A DNA stretch of 64,000 nt from Chrysomallon squamiferum (taxonomy: Eukaryota > Animalia > Mollusca), in contig CM022679.1 in the NCBI GenBank assembly GCA_012295275.1, forward strand, positions 3,596,001-3,660,000. Direction: 5' to 3'. The translations under genes were made by a program, and so were the position numbers. How positions within the stretch are numbered: the first letter of the stretch is position 1; each line of letters opens with the position of its first letter. The notes beneath the pieces were generated by a model. That model worked only from the letters and a program-made list of their open reading frames with translations, did not search any database and was not told the DNA's origin. This document shows, in pieces, positions 14,615 to 26,952 of the stretch.

Positions 14615-17600
14615 CTATATTAAAGCGTTTATATCCATTAATCAGTTTCTTTTGCTATTTCTAATACTTTTCAGAAATGTCACCATATTCCCGCCAGTAG
14701 TGACAATAACAAATATTTAATGTTAATTACTGTATTCTCATTGTTTGATGGAGTCATGGATATCTTTTGTGTCCCCACTTCTTTCACATCAGTGTGATAT
14801 TTATTCAAAAACTTACAAAATAACAAGTAATGTAAGATATATCTAAGCCCATTAATTCCCATCACCACATTATGTGAAACGATGAAGTTCAGACACAAAA
14901 GTGGTAAATACACAAATATAACGTGAAATTACGTCCGTTCATCAGCTGCTGTTTATTTGTATACAACAACCTAAATCAGAAGTTGTTTTTCTCTTGTTTT
15001 TATTTTAAAAATTTTTCTGATAACTAAATCCTCATAGTCAATAAATGTAAGCAGAGGAAGTAATACCAGTAGTGTATATTTTAGACAAAGCCAAACAGTG
15101 TTTCAGTATTTGCTCGTAACTTGCCCGCTGATATCAGTATTTTTTAATTAAGATATTTTCACAGACAGCGTCAAACTGTCTTGATCTAGACCTAAAAATA
15201 TCATCAGCATCACCATTACTGCTACTGCAACAAAAGCAGCGTCGCATTAGTAGTGCTAGAAGCAGTTGTTATGGTTAATGATTGGAGGGATTAGCTACGG
15301 AGAATGGATTTTCTTTCTTTTTTTCAAGTCAATACAAAGAAAATAAAACTTGTTGTTTAGGTACAGGATAGATGAGACTTCACCACTTGCAGTAAATAAA
15401 TGTATACCGAGTGCTTTTATCTGAACAGAATTTTTATTTTTATTATTTTATTTTATTTTATTTTTTTATTTCTGTTTATTTATTTTTTATTTTTTTTTTT
15501 TTTTTTTTTTTGGTGTTGTTTTTGAAAGAAAAAAATGTATGTATTTTCTCTTTTTAAAAATGTACTAATTCTGTGCAATGGAAGGGAAATTCTAGATTAT
15601 TTGTTGAAGCTAAAACCTTTTCGTTTTTTCCTTTTTTGTGATTCTTTATCGATAGAAATCTAAAATACAGACGTTTTACAAATAAACAGATAATGTGTTG
15701 TAACAACAATATGTTCAAAATTTATAACTTTACTTTGCATGTATCTTTTAATTTAGCACCTAGAAAGAATTGCATCATACAAACAAAAAATACTCATTGA
15801 TGATATATAGATTTTTTGAGTGATGGAGTATCCCAAAAACCTTTTCAAAAGAATCAATCGTTCGTTACTTAATTTATTTATCGTATTTTGAATACATTGT
15901 ATATGTCTTTAATAAAAACTTAACTTTTGATTTTAACACACTTCAAAAATGTATCAGTGTAGGAGGATACGATATTTTCATAACAGAATTACAAAAGTAA
16001 TAAAGAACAGTGTTCAGTATATCATTTCAAAGTTAACGTCGATTTACATAGTTTCATCTCTTATATTCGTGTCATAAATTCTACAAGAGACATCGCACAG
16101 GTTAAATATAAACCAGACAGACGAATTGACGATCAGGAGATACATTATTATACTAAAAGATTTTTTCTATTTACCCTAAGGATTAAACTCATTTCATCGG
16201 TGTGTTGAGATTTATCATTTTGTCAATAACCTACACACACTTCAATGCAACGTAGTTTTGCCAAAGACACACTACAAGGAAACGCTTTTATCGCTGTGCA
16301 TCTTTTTACATTCTCCGTTATATTAATGAGAGAAATGAAATAAATAAAACATTTTCGAGTGACGTTTTAGCTCTAAGGGTGAATTTTTTTTTTTGTTCTG
16401 TTGTAATCTTAATTATATATTTTATGTCAGATAATTGTGAAAATTAATTTTTGTTTATGCCATTATCATTTTCGCTTTATTATTATTATTGTTGTTGTTG
16501 TTGTTGTTGTTCTTAATATATTTATGTTTAAATCGGTATTTTAATTATCAATAAATAAATAAAATACTACAACTACTACTACTACTACTAATAATAATAA
16601 TAATGATAAATGCATGCATCGGATTCATTGTCGTTGTCATTGTTACTGGTTAAATTATTTGACGCCACTTTGGAAGCTGCGGTTTTTCTTTCTTCTAACA
16701 AAATTTAATTGTTAAACTGTTTTTATTCCCTGACATAACAAATAAAATTGCTTCTTTTTAAATCTATTCACAGACCCGAACTAATTAGACTGTGAGACCA
16801 CAAATACTAATTGTTTGTCAGTTAACCGATCCGTGTCTTATTAAATGAATGGATAAATTTGGACTAATGAGTAATACTTGCAAAATATGGAACAGTGTAA
16901 ACAGAATATAGTTTGATTTTGAGATTTCATGGTTCTTACCTCAATGAAATGTGCTCACGTCATACTCTTCTCAGTGATTGAAAAAAGAGGCATTTTAGTT
17001 TCCAGTTTCTGTCCAATTTCTCAACTTTTAAAGAATCAGAGAGTTTATTAGTAATTCTGTGTCAAGTTTCTAGCAATAATGATAATCTTGTTTATTTTCT
17101 AAAATTATCTTGGAATATTTTAGTAAGCTGTCGTGACCAGTACACAGATCATGTTATCTTAGCAAAAAAACCAACCCAATCGTTTTTATTTTACCGAATT
17201 ATTAGTTTACAGGAGGAACGTGCGCTATGGCAAGCTAGCTAAGTGACTGGGGTGGTTTCGGTAACTCTCAATGGTATTGCTATAGCATTGTGTTGATGTA
17301 AATTGCATTTATCCATTGTAAATTCGATTAACTGTTTCGCATGATCTTCTTGAATTAGAAGCTGTTATTACGGTTCTATCATCTGCCCCCAGTTTTCACC
17401 TTTTTTTTTTCATGAAGCAGCTTAAACCGTCCACGCATACGGATCTTAGCCTAGTTCTTAAAACACCATTTCCATCACTGCGTATAATGGTTCATGAATG
17501 TACTTACATAAGCGAAACTCACTTTACTGTTATCAGCAATTTATAGATACAGTTTGCTCATTTGATATGTATAACATACAAATGTTTAATTTGTTTAAAT

Positions 17601-17785
17601 AGTTTGGTTTTCTTTCTTCTTAATGTACTTAAATTAGCCTTTAATAATAAAAATTTGACTTTAAATAAAATGTAGTGTATGGAAGCATCTGTTTAATCAT
17701 TTCGGGTAATGCCTGAACACAGTTTTCAGCTATTTGATGAAATGATGAAAGTAACAAATAATGACCTGTTTCATAAATTGACTGT

Positions 17786-17829
<44 letters not shown>

Positions 17830-18406
17830 TTCAGACACGCACGCATACAAACACACGACTCAAACACTCATAACAATCACGCACACACATACACACACAG
17901 ATATAAACATATATCATACTGAACTGGGATACATTAAAACAAATGTTTTGAACTTGTTTGGAGCTTCGTTTCGCTTATCTTTTTTTAAGTGAGGCGTGAT
18001 CTAAGCTATTTCCCTAACGCCAGGGTGCATTAATTCCACTTGTTTCTGTCAGAGTGCAGCTCGGCTGACATGGCATAGTGTACCTTGGTTGTTTGTTTTG
18101 TTTTTACCAACAACACAACACACATTCATGCGGTATGTCAGTTTGTTGTTTCATTTCTAGGATCACAGTAACAATAATACCAATCGCGTCAAGATTAAAG
18201 CAACTGTTGATAAAGAATCTCACAACGTTCTTGAATATTCTGGAACTGGTTTAATATTAGACTTAATAAACGCATTAAAACTTCCTAAGAGGCTCACTTA
18301 TGCATTCAGTCATGTTGGATTAATATCATCTGTTCATATGTTCTATAATTGCAATACTTTTCATAAATATCTTTTATGATTTTACTATATCTGTTAACAG
18401 TCGATG

Positions 18407-18486
<80 letters not shown>

Positions 18487-20412
18487 AAAACATGAAAAAC
18501 ACCTACTATCTTTAAATGCAGAAAATTGGTCGGAAGGGGAAATAATATTATGACTTCAGAAATCGATAGAGTTATTGAAGAGAAATGCTGCACGCGCTGG
18601 GTACATGCGATGTTGATTGTAATACCTCGCTTTCCCAGAAGGCATTCACCGATAAATTGAAAAAATTGAGATCCGTTCTTTATGATTTTTACGACGTTTT
18701 TTCCGGAGATATTGCTTATCAGGCATACGTTAATAGAAATACAGAATTATTTTCAATAGAACGTTGAGGCAGCAGTTTCAGAACATAAACTCGCTGCTGT
18801 GATGGTATTCATTTTTTATTTTTGTTGTTTAGAAAGGTACGATAATCGAATTTTATTTTCGATTTATTTTCGGCGATCATGTAATTCTGGTGGTTCGCTT
18901 GACCTGTTTTCAGTTCGAACAAAATTCTGAAAGACATTGATATGCTATCAGTAATTCTATACATGATTGTGATTTTCAATTGGGTAATGATATTACATGA
19001 TTAAACTGGCATTATAATGTCCATTAAATTCGTGCCAATTGTTAAAATATTAGTTTTAGTTTCAACGTAAAATCATAACTTTTTTCTTTTTTTTAGCATT
19101 TTAACAATTGTTGGTGGCTGATTACTGGTTTCTGTTAACTCCCTTTAATGTACCCATTAAAAACACACAAATCAGAATGTTTTTGTGTCATTAAGTTATT
19201 TGTTCATTTACGTTTTATTTATTTATTTAATTTTTGCAGTTTCTACTGAAGCTCGACTAGGATCTCCACTAATTTCTTCTCAGCTGGTGTCCATATTTTT
19301 GTTTTGCCGTTGCGGCTGCTGTTGATGTCGTTCCGATGATTCTTCATTTGTTTTTAATTTTTCTTCTCTGCGGTTTTTGTTTGTTTATTTATCTTATTAT
19401 TTATTTATTCTTTTTTACACGTGTTTTCCATTTGTTTATTCTTTGGAAAACACAGCTAGGTTTAATTGATTTTAATACGCTTGTGTCAAGTTAAGACCAC
19501 GCAAATTAGCCTATTTTTGTTCTATCTCGGCTGCTGGAATAAGTACAGGACAAAATAATTGCTTACTTAACGTCATTTAATCCCCGAAAAAAAAAGTATG
19601 TTGTCCGACATACTTCCGTTGTGCCTCTTTCTTCAGCATTAATTATCCCTTATTAGCCTGAAATACCTCTGAAGTCCATCAGTACAGATAATATATAACT
19701 AACACAACAGCACATCTGAATAACGTTCTTTCTGCAGATCATTTAAATCTCACTGTGTTTGTTAATAATTTTTGCGTTAAAGTCATCCAGTCATCATTAA
19801 AACAAAAACCGAATACAAATTGACGAGTGGATCAAACAGTGTTTGGAATTAATTTGAGAAAAAAAAGAGAATGTTTAAGTCTTAGACATTATCACATGAT
19901 TTCTGATTGTTGCTACTACTGGTAACCTGTCCCAGTAGCTACTGTTTCTTACTGGGTTAACCTTTGCGGCGTGCTAACCTAGCTAATCGCTCAAAAGCCT
20001 TTCTGGTTGAAGTTGAGAAGAGTGCAAGTTTATTTTCTGAATAAGCAACAATATTCCACCACTTAGGATGTGATACGTAAGATGTGCCCCTCCCAAATCA
20101 GAATTAGGGTTATCAATGCTTTATACCGGAATCACCGAGTTTTATCAATATTTTGAGAGAACACACCAGGTTTTATCGGGAACTGATAAAATGCTTGTAA
20201 ATGTATCCTCATGTTGGTAATCATAACATTCACTGAATGGTCGAGCTCATAGAAAACTGCTTAGATGTTATCTTGTGATGCGTTCAGCTTGAATAAACGA
20301 TGTTTTGTTTTTATGCATGTTATAGGTTGTAGTCGAGGTAATTTCTGTTAACACTGAGGAAATCTCCCGAAGGAAAAGAAAAAAAAAAAAAAAGGAGAGA
20401 GAGAAAAAATAT

Positions 20413-20475
20413 CGCCTGATAGCCAAGTAGATGAAGTGAATGGATCAGATTACGTCTTTGGTTTGAATTCTATGA
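20413..20475 (+). mobile_element. Degenerate tRNA-derived SINE head / tRNA pseudogene
   Basis: A-box-like TAGCCAAGTAG and B-box-like GGTTTGAATTC at tRNA-like spacing; no intact cloverleaf. Confidence 0.35.
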
Positions 20476-21748
20476 ATTGTTTTTTTTATTTTTCACTCTG
20501 AGTTTTTCTTAGTCAGCACTTGTATAAGTTACAAACATGTTATTGATGTTATTTACCCTATAACTAGTTGATGATTCATTCTAGCTGGTGGAATGACAAG
20601 ATTAAAAGATGTTTTGACAGCAGTATCCTTTGCGATTTACTTCTTAAATGCCAAAAAAAGAAAATAACTACGTTTGCGCTGAAGGTACTAAACAAATGCC
20701 ATGTTTTTACATCATCCCTTTAATGTATTGGGGTCGTTTAAGGTTGGTTTCCTAACAATCTTGAAGTAGAGTAGGTTACTATCGAGGTTAGTAGTAGCAC
20801 GCTGGTTAGCGAAGCAAGATCAATCGTTGATGCCCTCTTTTTAGACGTTCCCGCAAATACAAACACACATCTTTAGTCATACACATCATGGAAAGAAATG
20901 TTTTGACAAATCAACCTCGGGTTAAAAGGACCAGCATTAGTGGTGCAGTAGCAGAATCAACCAGTCATGCTTCACGCTTGCTCTCTTCCTCTGAACTGCT
21001 GTCCACTCCAGTTCTGAAGACGAGTTTAAGTGATCCTAGCCCATGTAATTCGGATCGCTGGTTTTAGAATTCTATTCTCTGTTGGCATTTAATAAATGCC
21101 GATCGATCTGGTTGTGTCCGTCTCCATCCAAATTTTACTAATTATCTTAACAAGACAGAATAAAAAGGACTTTTGGGGTTATTTTCAGCGTTAGGCTGCT
21201 GTAAACGTTACAATATCGATTCAGGACTGTAAACATTTAATAATGGTTTTACGTTTCTTTTTAAACTTTATTTGTTTATACTCATTCACCCATTAACAAC
21301 AACTCAAAAATAGCTACCGTCTTTATAAAAATGTTTTGTTTGAAATTAGATTACTGGCAATTTGTCATCCATGTTATACCTCTGAACTTCTTTTGCGAAG
21401 AAAGATCTTAATTGAAATGTGAAAAAAAAAAAAAAAAAGATAAATCATCAGAAAATTTTGGTTTTAAAAATAAAACAAGCCTAATAAAAATTGAAAATTA
21501 ATTTTTATTGGGAGTCTTTTACTTTTTAAACAAAATAATTTCTGATGACTCATCCGTTTTTTCTGTTTTTTAATTCGCTTTAGTTCATATAATTTGCATT
21601 TTGTATGAAATGTAAGTAAATGTGGTTTTGCATGATATGAAAATTATAATAATCATATGTTGATGAAAATGATTATGATGATGATAATTATGACAAAAGC
21701 AAACAAATTATGGGAAAACAGATATATTTTCAAACGTAGAAACAAGTT

Positions 21749-24255
21749 TCAAGTTGCATCTTTAGAAGCCAGACATATTTTACAATGTACAGGTTTTCTT
21801 TTGGTTCTGAAAAACAGAACACCACAAATAAAAAACAACGCCACGATCAAAATTGAAAGGACGCCACGAATTATTTCTGATGTAATAACATTTCCGTTTG
21901 ATTTGTTGCTACAGTCATCGCCTTCACCTTTTAATTCTAATTATTTCTGTTTCCATGATAACTGAAAAGTCTTTAGTTGCATTTTGATCAGAAGGGAGCT
22001 TACTCAAATGTCTCTTTCTGCGTTCTGCGTGACACGAGTTGCTATCACAACGACTACGACACAGAGTCACGTTACATTCAAATCGTATACCTGTGTCGTC
22101 TGACATCTGAAAGGCTGGGAAATAGGGACTCCTGGCGTACAAACCATCTGTATCAAATCCATCGTCCCTGGCTATAACGATACCGTCGCCACAGCCTCCT
22201 CTCAGAATTGCGTATCTCGCGTTGTTGTTTGCACCAATCGCATCACACGACACCGGCTTGATTCCGCGCTCTCCTTCGCTGCCATTCGTTAATGCAACCA
22301 GCTGAACTTTTCTACCCAGATGAACAGAGCGACTCTTCAGAGGTCTACCCAAGACGTCAGACAGATACAGAACTGCAGCAGCCTTCGATTTGACGCCCAC
22401 GTGTTGTTGAATTTCCTTAGGTGCGATCAACGTGTTCTTTATTCTGCTGCTTTCGCTCACCAGATTAAAATGTTCGTCTAACGTGCAGGTTATCTGTAAT
22501 TAGAATCAAAGGTAAAAAAGCTTGACGTGATACACATTTGATTAACAAAATCTTTTTGTTTTCAAAATGATTCAAAAAAAAAAAAAATGAAGTACATTCA
22601 TTTCCTTTTGCAGTTTTCAATATCTTTTAATGCAAGACAAAATTTGTTTATAAAGTAATAGATGGTAAATTGTCTAAGTTTATTTGTTCTTAAATATTTA
22701 TTGAAATGAACATCAGTTTTTCTCTATACTGAAACTATTGATAGAAGAAAGCAAAAATTAGGGCAAGAAATCCGATAGTACACTTCCACAGCTGCCAAAA
22801 AAAAAAAAATAATAATAACAAAAAACAGATTTGTGCGTGAAGTAATATATTTTATATTAACAACGAAAAACAATATCATTATTATCAATTATTATTAAAA
22901 AAATCAAACCAGTGACATACCTGAACTTGTTCAAAAACTCTCTGCACCTTTCCATGTGCGTCTCCTATAGCTACAGCGACTTCGACACTGTACACGTTAA
23001 CATCCTTGCGCTTGCTGAAGACGCAGGACTTGTAACCTGGTTCCTTGTAGTAGAGATCTAGCTGATAATGTACGCCGTCTTTCGACCAGAATGTATACCG
23101 ATTCCCGTCCTTGCAGACTGCCGAAGCCGTTACTGCACCAAGATCAGTGATAACAATTATCCAGCTGGGTCGGTTTTCTTCTTTTGCACAGTGCGGTTGT
23201 ACGCGAAGTATGAAATCTTTGTCATTTTCAGCAGTCCAGTTTGTCGTGTCTTTATTTAGCTGTACCGATGTTGACGTTTCCCCTACAAGGAGTTTCCGGG
23301 ACGTGGTAACTTCTGGTGTTGGTTCATCTGTGTAATTTGTTTCGATCGGCATTATAAAACCCATGTTGGAAGTAGTAACAGTCTCAGTGGCACTGTTTGT
23401 AACCGTTTCTGCCGTACTGTCATCTGTTGGAATTGCAATAGTTGATGATGTACTCTGAACAGCAGTGGCCGTGGTAATTAATGTAGGCAGATCAGTAGTG
23501 GTTATTTCCGAATTATTAAAGCATTTTATAGTGTAGTTATCAAAATTGTCGTCTTCAAAGCGATATACATCAAGTGTGTACATACCTGGGCCTGGCTTTT
23601 GAAAGACACATTGTATTTTTTCACCGTTCTCATCAAAGAAAGCCAATATTTGATTTTTGTTGCCGCGCTTTCCAGGATAAAATATAGCATTATCTTTGCA
23701 CTCCAAATTTATATGTTTATAGTTGCTTGGCCGTTGCATGGATAGAACTGCAGGTCCTTTCCTTTCCATGGCACAGTCAACGGAAAGCCAGTCAGTGAGA
23801 ACCACTGGATTATATGTTTCTTGTTCCTTTATCCCCTTGCCGAAACTAGTGCACTGAATTAGCAGCTGCTTGGTGGTAATGTTATTCGAACAAAACTCTA
23901 GAGTTACATAAAATTCGTAAGGTTGTCCGTTTAAAGGTTTTACCTTTTCAAACAAACACACATCAGTTTCGTTTGATTGGTAAAAAATGTATGCGTACAG
24001 ACGAGGTGGCTGGCTTTTCGTTTGGTAGAATTTGGACAACACCATGTTTTTACACACGATGCGAATATCTGTGTACGACAGATTTAACAACTTACTCAGT
24101 ACGTCTTCGATGATGGTTAGTTTGGCGACATCTTGTCCGACATTGTAGCACTGAAGATATATTCCTCTTTTCAACGACGTCGGAATTGGTGACAGCGTGC
24201 CACAAAGAACGACACAGCAGACAACACACTGACAGATTAGCGTCCACGTCGCCAT
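21749..24255 (-). CDS. Vitelline-envelope ZP-domain protein (VEZP/VERL-like): signal peptide, 2 ZP-N-like repeats, Thr/Ser linker, ZP-N+ZP-C module, furin site, TM tail (tail out of frame by 1 nt)
   Basis: Exon 1 24255-22921 (AAAGATGG start; donor CAG|gtatgt). Exon 2 starts at 22493 (ttacag|ATAACCTGC), joining in frame as FEQVQ|ITCTLD. ZP-C motifs IKPVSCDA..RYAILRGGCGDGIVI..GF.T.GL.A.SPYF.AF..FECNVTLCRSRCDSNSC match gastropod VEZP-type ZP modules as I recall them, and are followed by RRKR. In-frame TGA at 21926-21924 gives 634 aa. The +1 frame 21928-21749 encodes GVLSILIVALFFICGVLFF-RTKRK, giving 692 aa if corrected. Confidence 0.88.
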
Positions 24256-24315
24256 CTTTGGGGCGTGTTCACTTTTCCCCCAACAGAATAAACCAGCACC
24301 AGTGTACTGCCGCTA

Positions 24316-24324
24316 CTTATAGTC
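24316..24324 (-). promoter_or_regulatory. Candidate TATA-like box of the ZP gene
   Basis: TATAAG on the minus strand about 65 nt upstream of the ATG at 24255. Confidence 0.4.
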
Positions 24325-26952
24325 TCAGATAAAACAAAAAAATTCAGCTTGTCGCTTTTTCTACGAGTAATTGTCAAACTGAGAAAAATGAAGCAAAATG
24401 TGTTAAATAGCCAGAAGTTACAACCAATATTATATTAGCTTATAGCTCTCACAAAAATAATGCCAAAACTGTGAAAACAAATTACAGTGAAGACTAATCA
24501 CTCTGTAGGCTTTTTGCAATAATACCAAGCTGGACAGGATTTTTACGTGATGCATGATTTTTAGTAAAAAAAAAAAAATAAAAAAAATAATACAAGTAAC
24601 CGGACTCTTTATCCAGAAAGCTTGGGACAGGAGGTGGTCTGAATTTGTCACATTTCTGGATACAGGCTAGAATAATATTTATACTTAAAATACAAAAATT
24701 TAAAAAAAAAAAAAAAAAAATAAAATAATATAATAATAATAATAAATAAATAAATAAATAAAATAATAATAATAAAAAAATAAATAAATAAAAATAACAG
24801 ACACAAATTAATATTCTTAAATTAGTGACAGTTTGATTTTTATTAATCCGTTTAAAATTCGTAAAATTACCTTTACAGGATACCGTCCATAATAAATAGG
24901 ATGAAAATTGTAATGAAGAAAAGAAAGAACAGATTAATACACTTACATTTCTTACAGTACAATGTGTAATGTATCGAACGAAAAACAAACAAAAATAAAT
25001 GAACAGTATGATAATGATTCATTGTGAGAGGATCACCTCTAAAGAGCAAATCTCACTGAAACCGGCTTCGTTAACGCGTAGGTCACAGAACCAAAACAAT
25101 GCGTGCAAGCGGCGAGCTACAGTGCGCCCAGTTTAAAAGTAGTCAGTTTAATAAAACGTAAATAAATAAAAGTAACCGGTTTTATGCATTCTCCAGATTT
25201 CACGAGCCGGATAATACATATTTAAAAAAAAAAAAAAAAAAAAAGTAATTCAAGATTAAGGTTTAAATGCAAATGTTCTATTGAAAACAAAAGTGTTTGA
25301 GTGTGAATAATATTCGATAGTTACTTAATCTAGATACACAATACTAATGAATAAAATTGCATTTTAAATGAAACAATACAAAAGATTCAATAAGTTATCT
25401 TTTATTAATACACCGTTAGTGACAGAAATGATTATCTTCAGAAATAGTCAGAATCTCAGTTACACGTGATGAACAACAACAACAACAACAACAATAATAA
25501 TAATCACCACCATCATCATCATACTGCTACTACTACTACTATTGCTGCTGCTACTACTACTACAACTGATAATAATAACTTAATTTTACTGTTTCTATGT
25601 CTTACTTAAAGGATTTATATTTTCAGGATATACGTTTAGGGTGTTTATATAATGTGTGCATGTATGATCGTCCGAAATAGCAACAAATCATACTTGAATC
25701 TGTAATTTAGTTTAACTGTAGATTATTACCGATGAATTATGAGGTCAGTGCTTGTTAACGCGATCATTATACGACACACACGCACCAATCGTGGCGTTCG
25801 TGCACTTCCTCATATACACACACACACAAACCATCATACACACACCTTTATTGTGAAGATATCGAAATGCGAAAATTGTTTCGAACTATATTTGTGGAAA
25901 TAAAATGGTACTGACATTAAGTATATAATAGATGCAATTTTTTTTCAAATTAAATATTACTGGTATCGTAGATAATATTATGGTGTTTATTTATTTGTTT
26001 ACTTTATTAAATGAAGCGTGTGTCCGATATTTAATGTGCAGTCAAATCATACACTTTACAAATCTTCGTTGAGAAATTTCTGTTGATAGGCATTAGAGCT
26101 ATGTGCCAGGAAAAAAACAAAGACAAATATCCGTCAAAACTTCGCCGTCAAGTTAGCAGAGAAGATAAAACAAAGAGAAAGAACAGTTTTGAAGTAAACT
26201 GGTGGGTTTTTTTTCTGCGGATCTCGACAGCTGTTCAAAGGTATGTGAAAATAGTTGTATTTTCAAAATTAATTTAATTAGCATTAATATAAATTTATTT
26301 AACATCAGTCGATTAAGTTATACAATATGAGATGTATGATTTTACAAAATAAAATGTTTTTTTTTTTTGTGTGTATCTAGTGTGTGTGCATGTTTGTGTA
26401 TGTGCATATGTTTACGTCAGTGTGTCTGTGTGTAGTTTGAATTCACTGACACCAGTATTTAACTGCACAATACATATCAAATGGCATGAATTTTGTAACT
26501 GTTAATGAATGTTGTTTGCTTGTATTTTTAATCATGCATTATGAAAGCGATTGTGTGAGAAACGTCAGATGCATTTAAAACACAACAGCTTATCGTATTA
26601 TCGTTATCTTCACTGTATAAAAAAGTTAAATTTATATATATATATATATGATCATATATTTATAAAGGACCAATCTCATATTTACTTGTGTACTAAATTT
26701 TATTTTTCCAAAGCTGTTCTAACAGGCGTGAATCAAAAGGCAGCAAATAATATAAATAAATGATTAAAGGGTATTTACATACAAACATACACCAACCTTT
26801 GTATTGCACACTGTCACAGGCTCACACGCACAAAATGTCGCATCAACCAACAATGCTGTAATAGAAAACAGAGATCACTATCTGTTACCGTCATATGAAT
26901 AAAAAATCGAAATCTGTTTATTTGTACTCTAGTCTGTTTATTTGTTTTCCAG

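Noticed and set aside
18585-18767. 60-aa ORF MLHALGTCD..., reminiscent of the HA(L/F)TGCD motif of some transposon-associated proteins
   Set aside because: Motif order is wrong (GTCD), the following residues do not fit and there is no flanking support.
20831-21067. Open frame containing MERNVLTNQPRVKRTSISG...
   Set aside because: No recognisable domain, signal peptide or linked exons; length is compatible with chance in a locally GC-richer patch.
25040-25135. GC-rich patch between the ZP and CBM14 genes resembling a tRNA/SINE head on the minus strand
   Set aside because: No B box or cloverleaf could be established, so it cannot be called an RNA gene.
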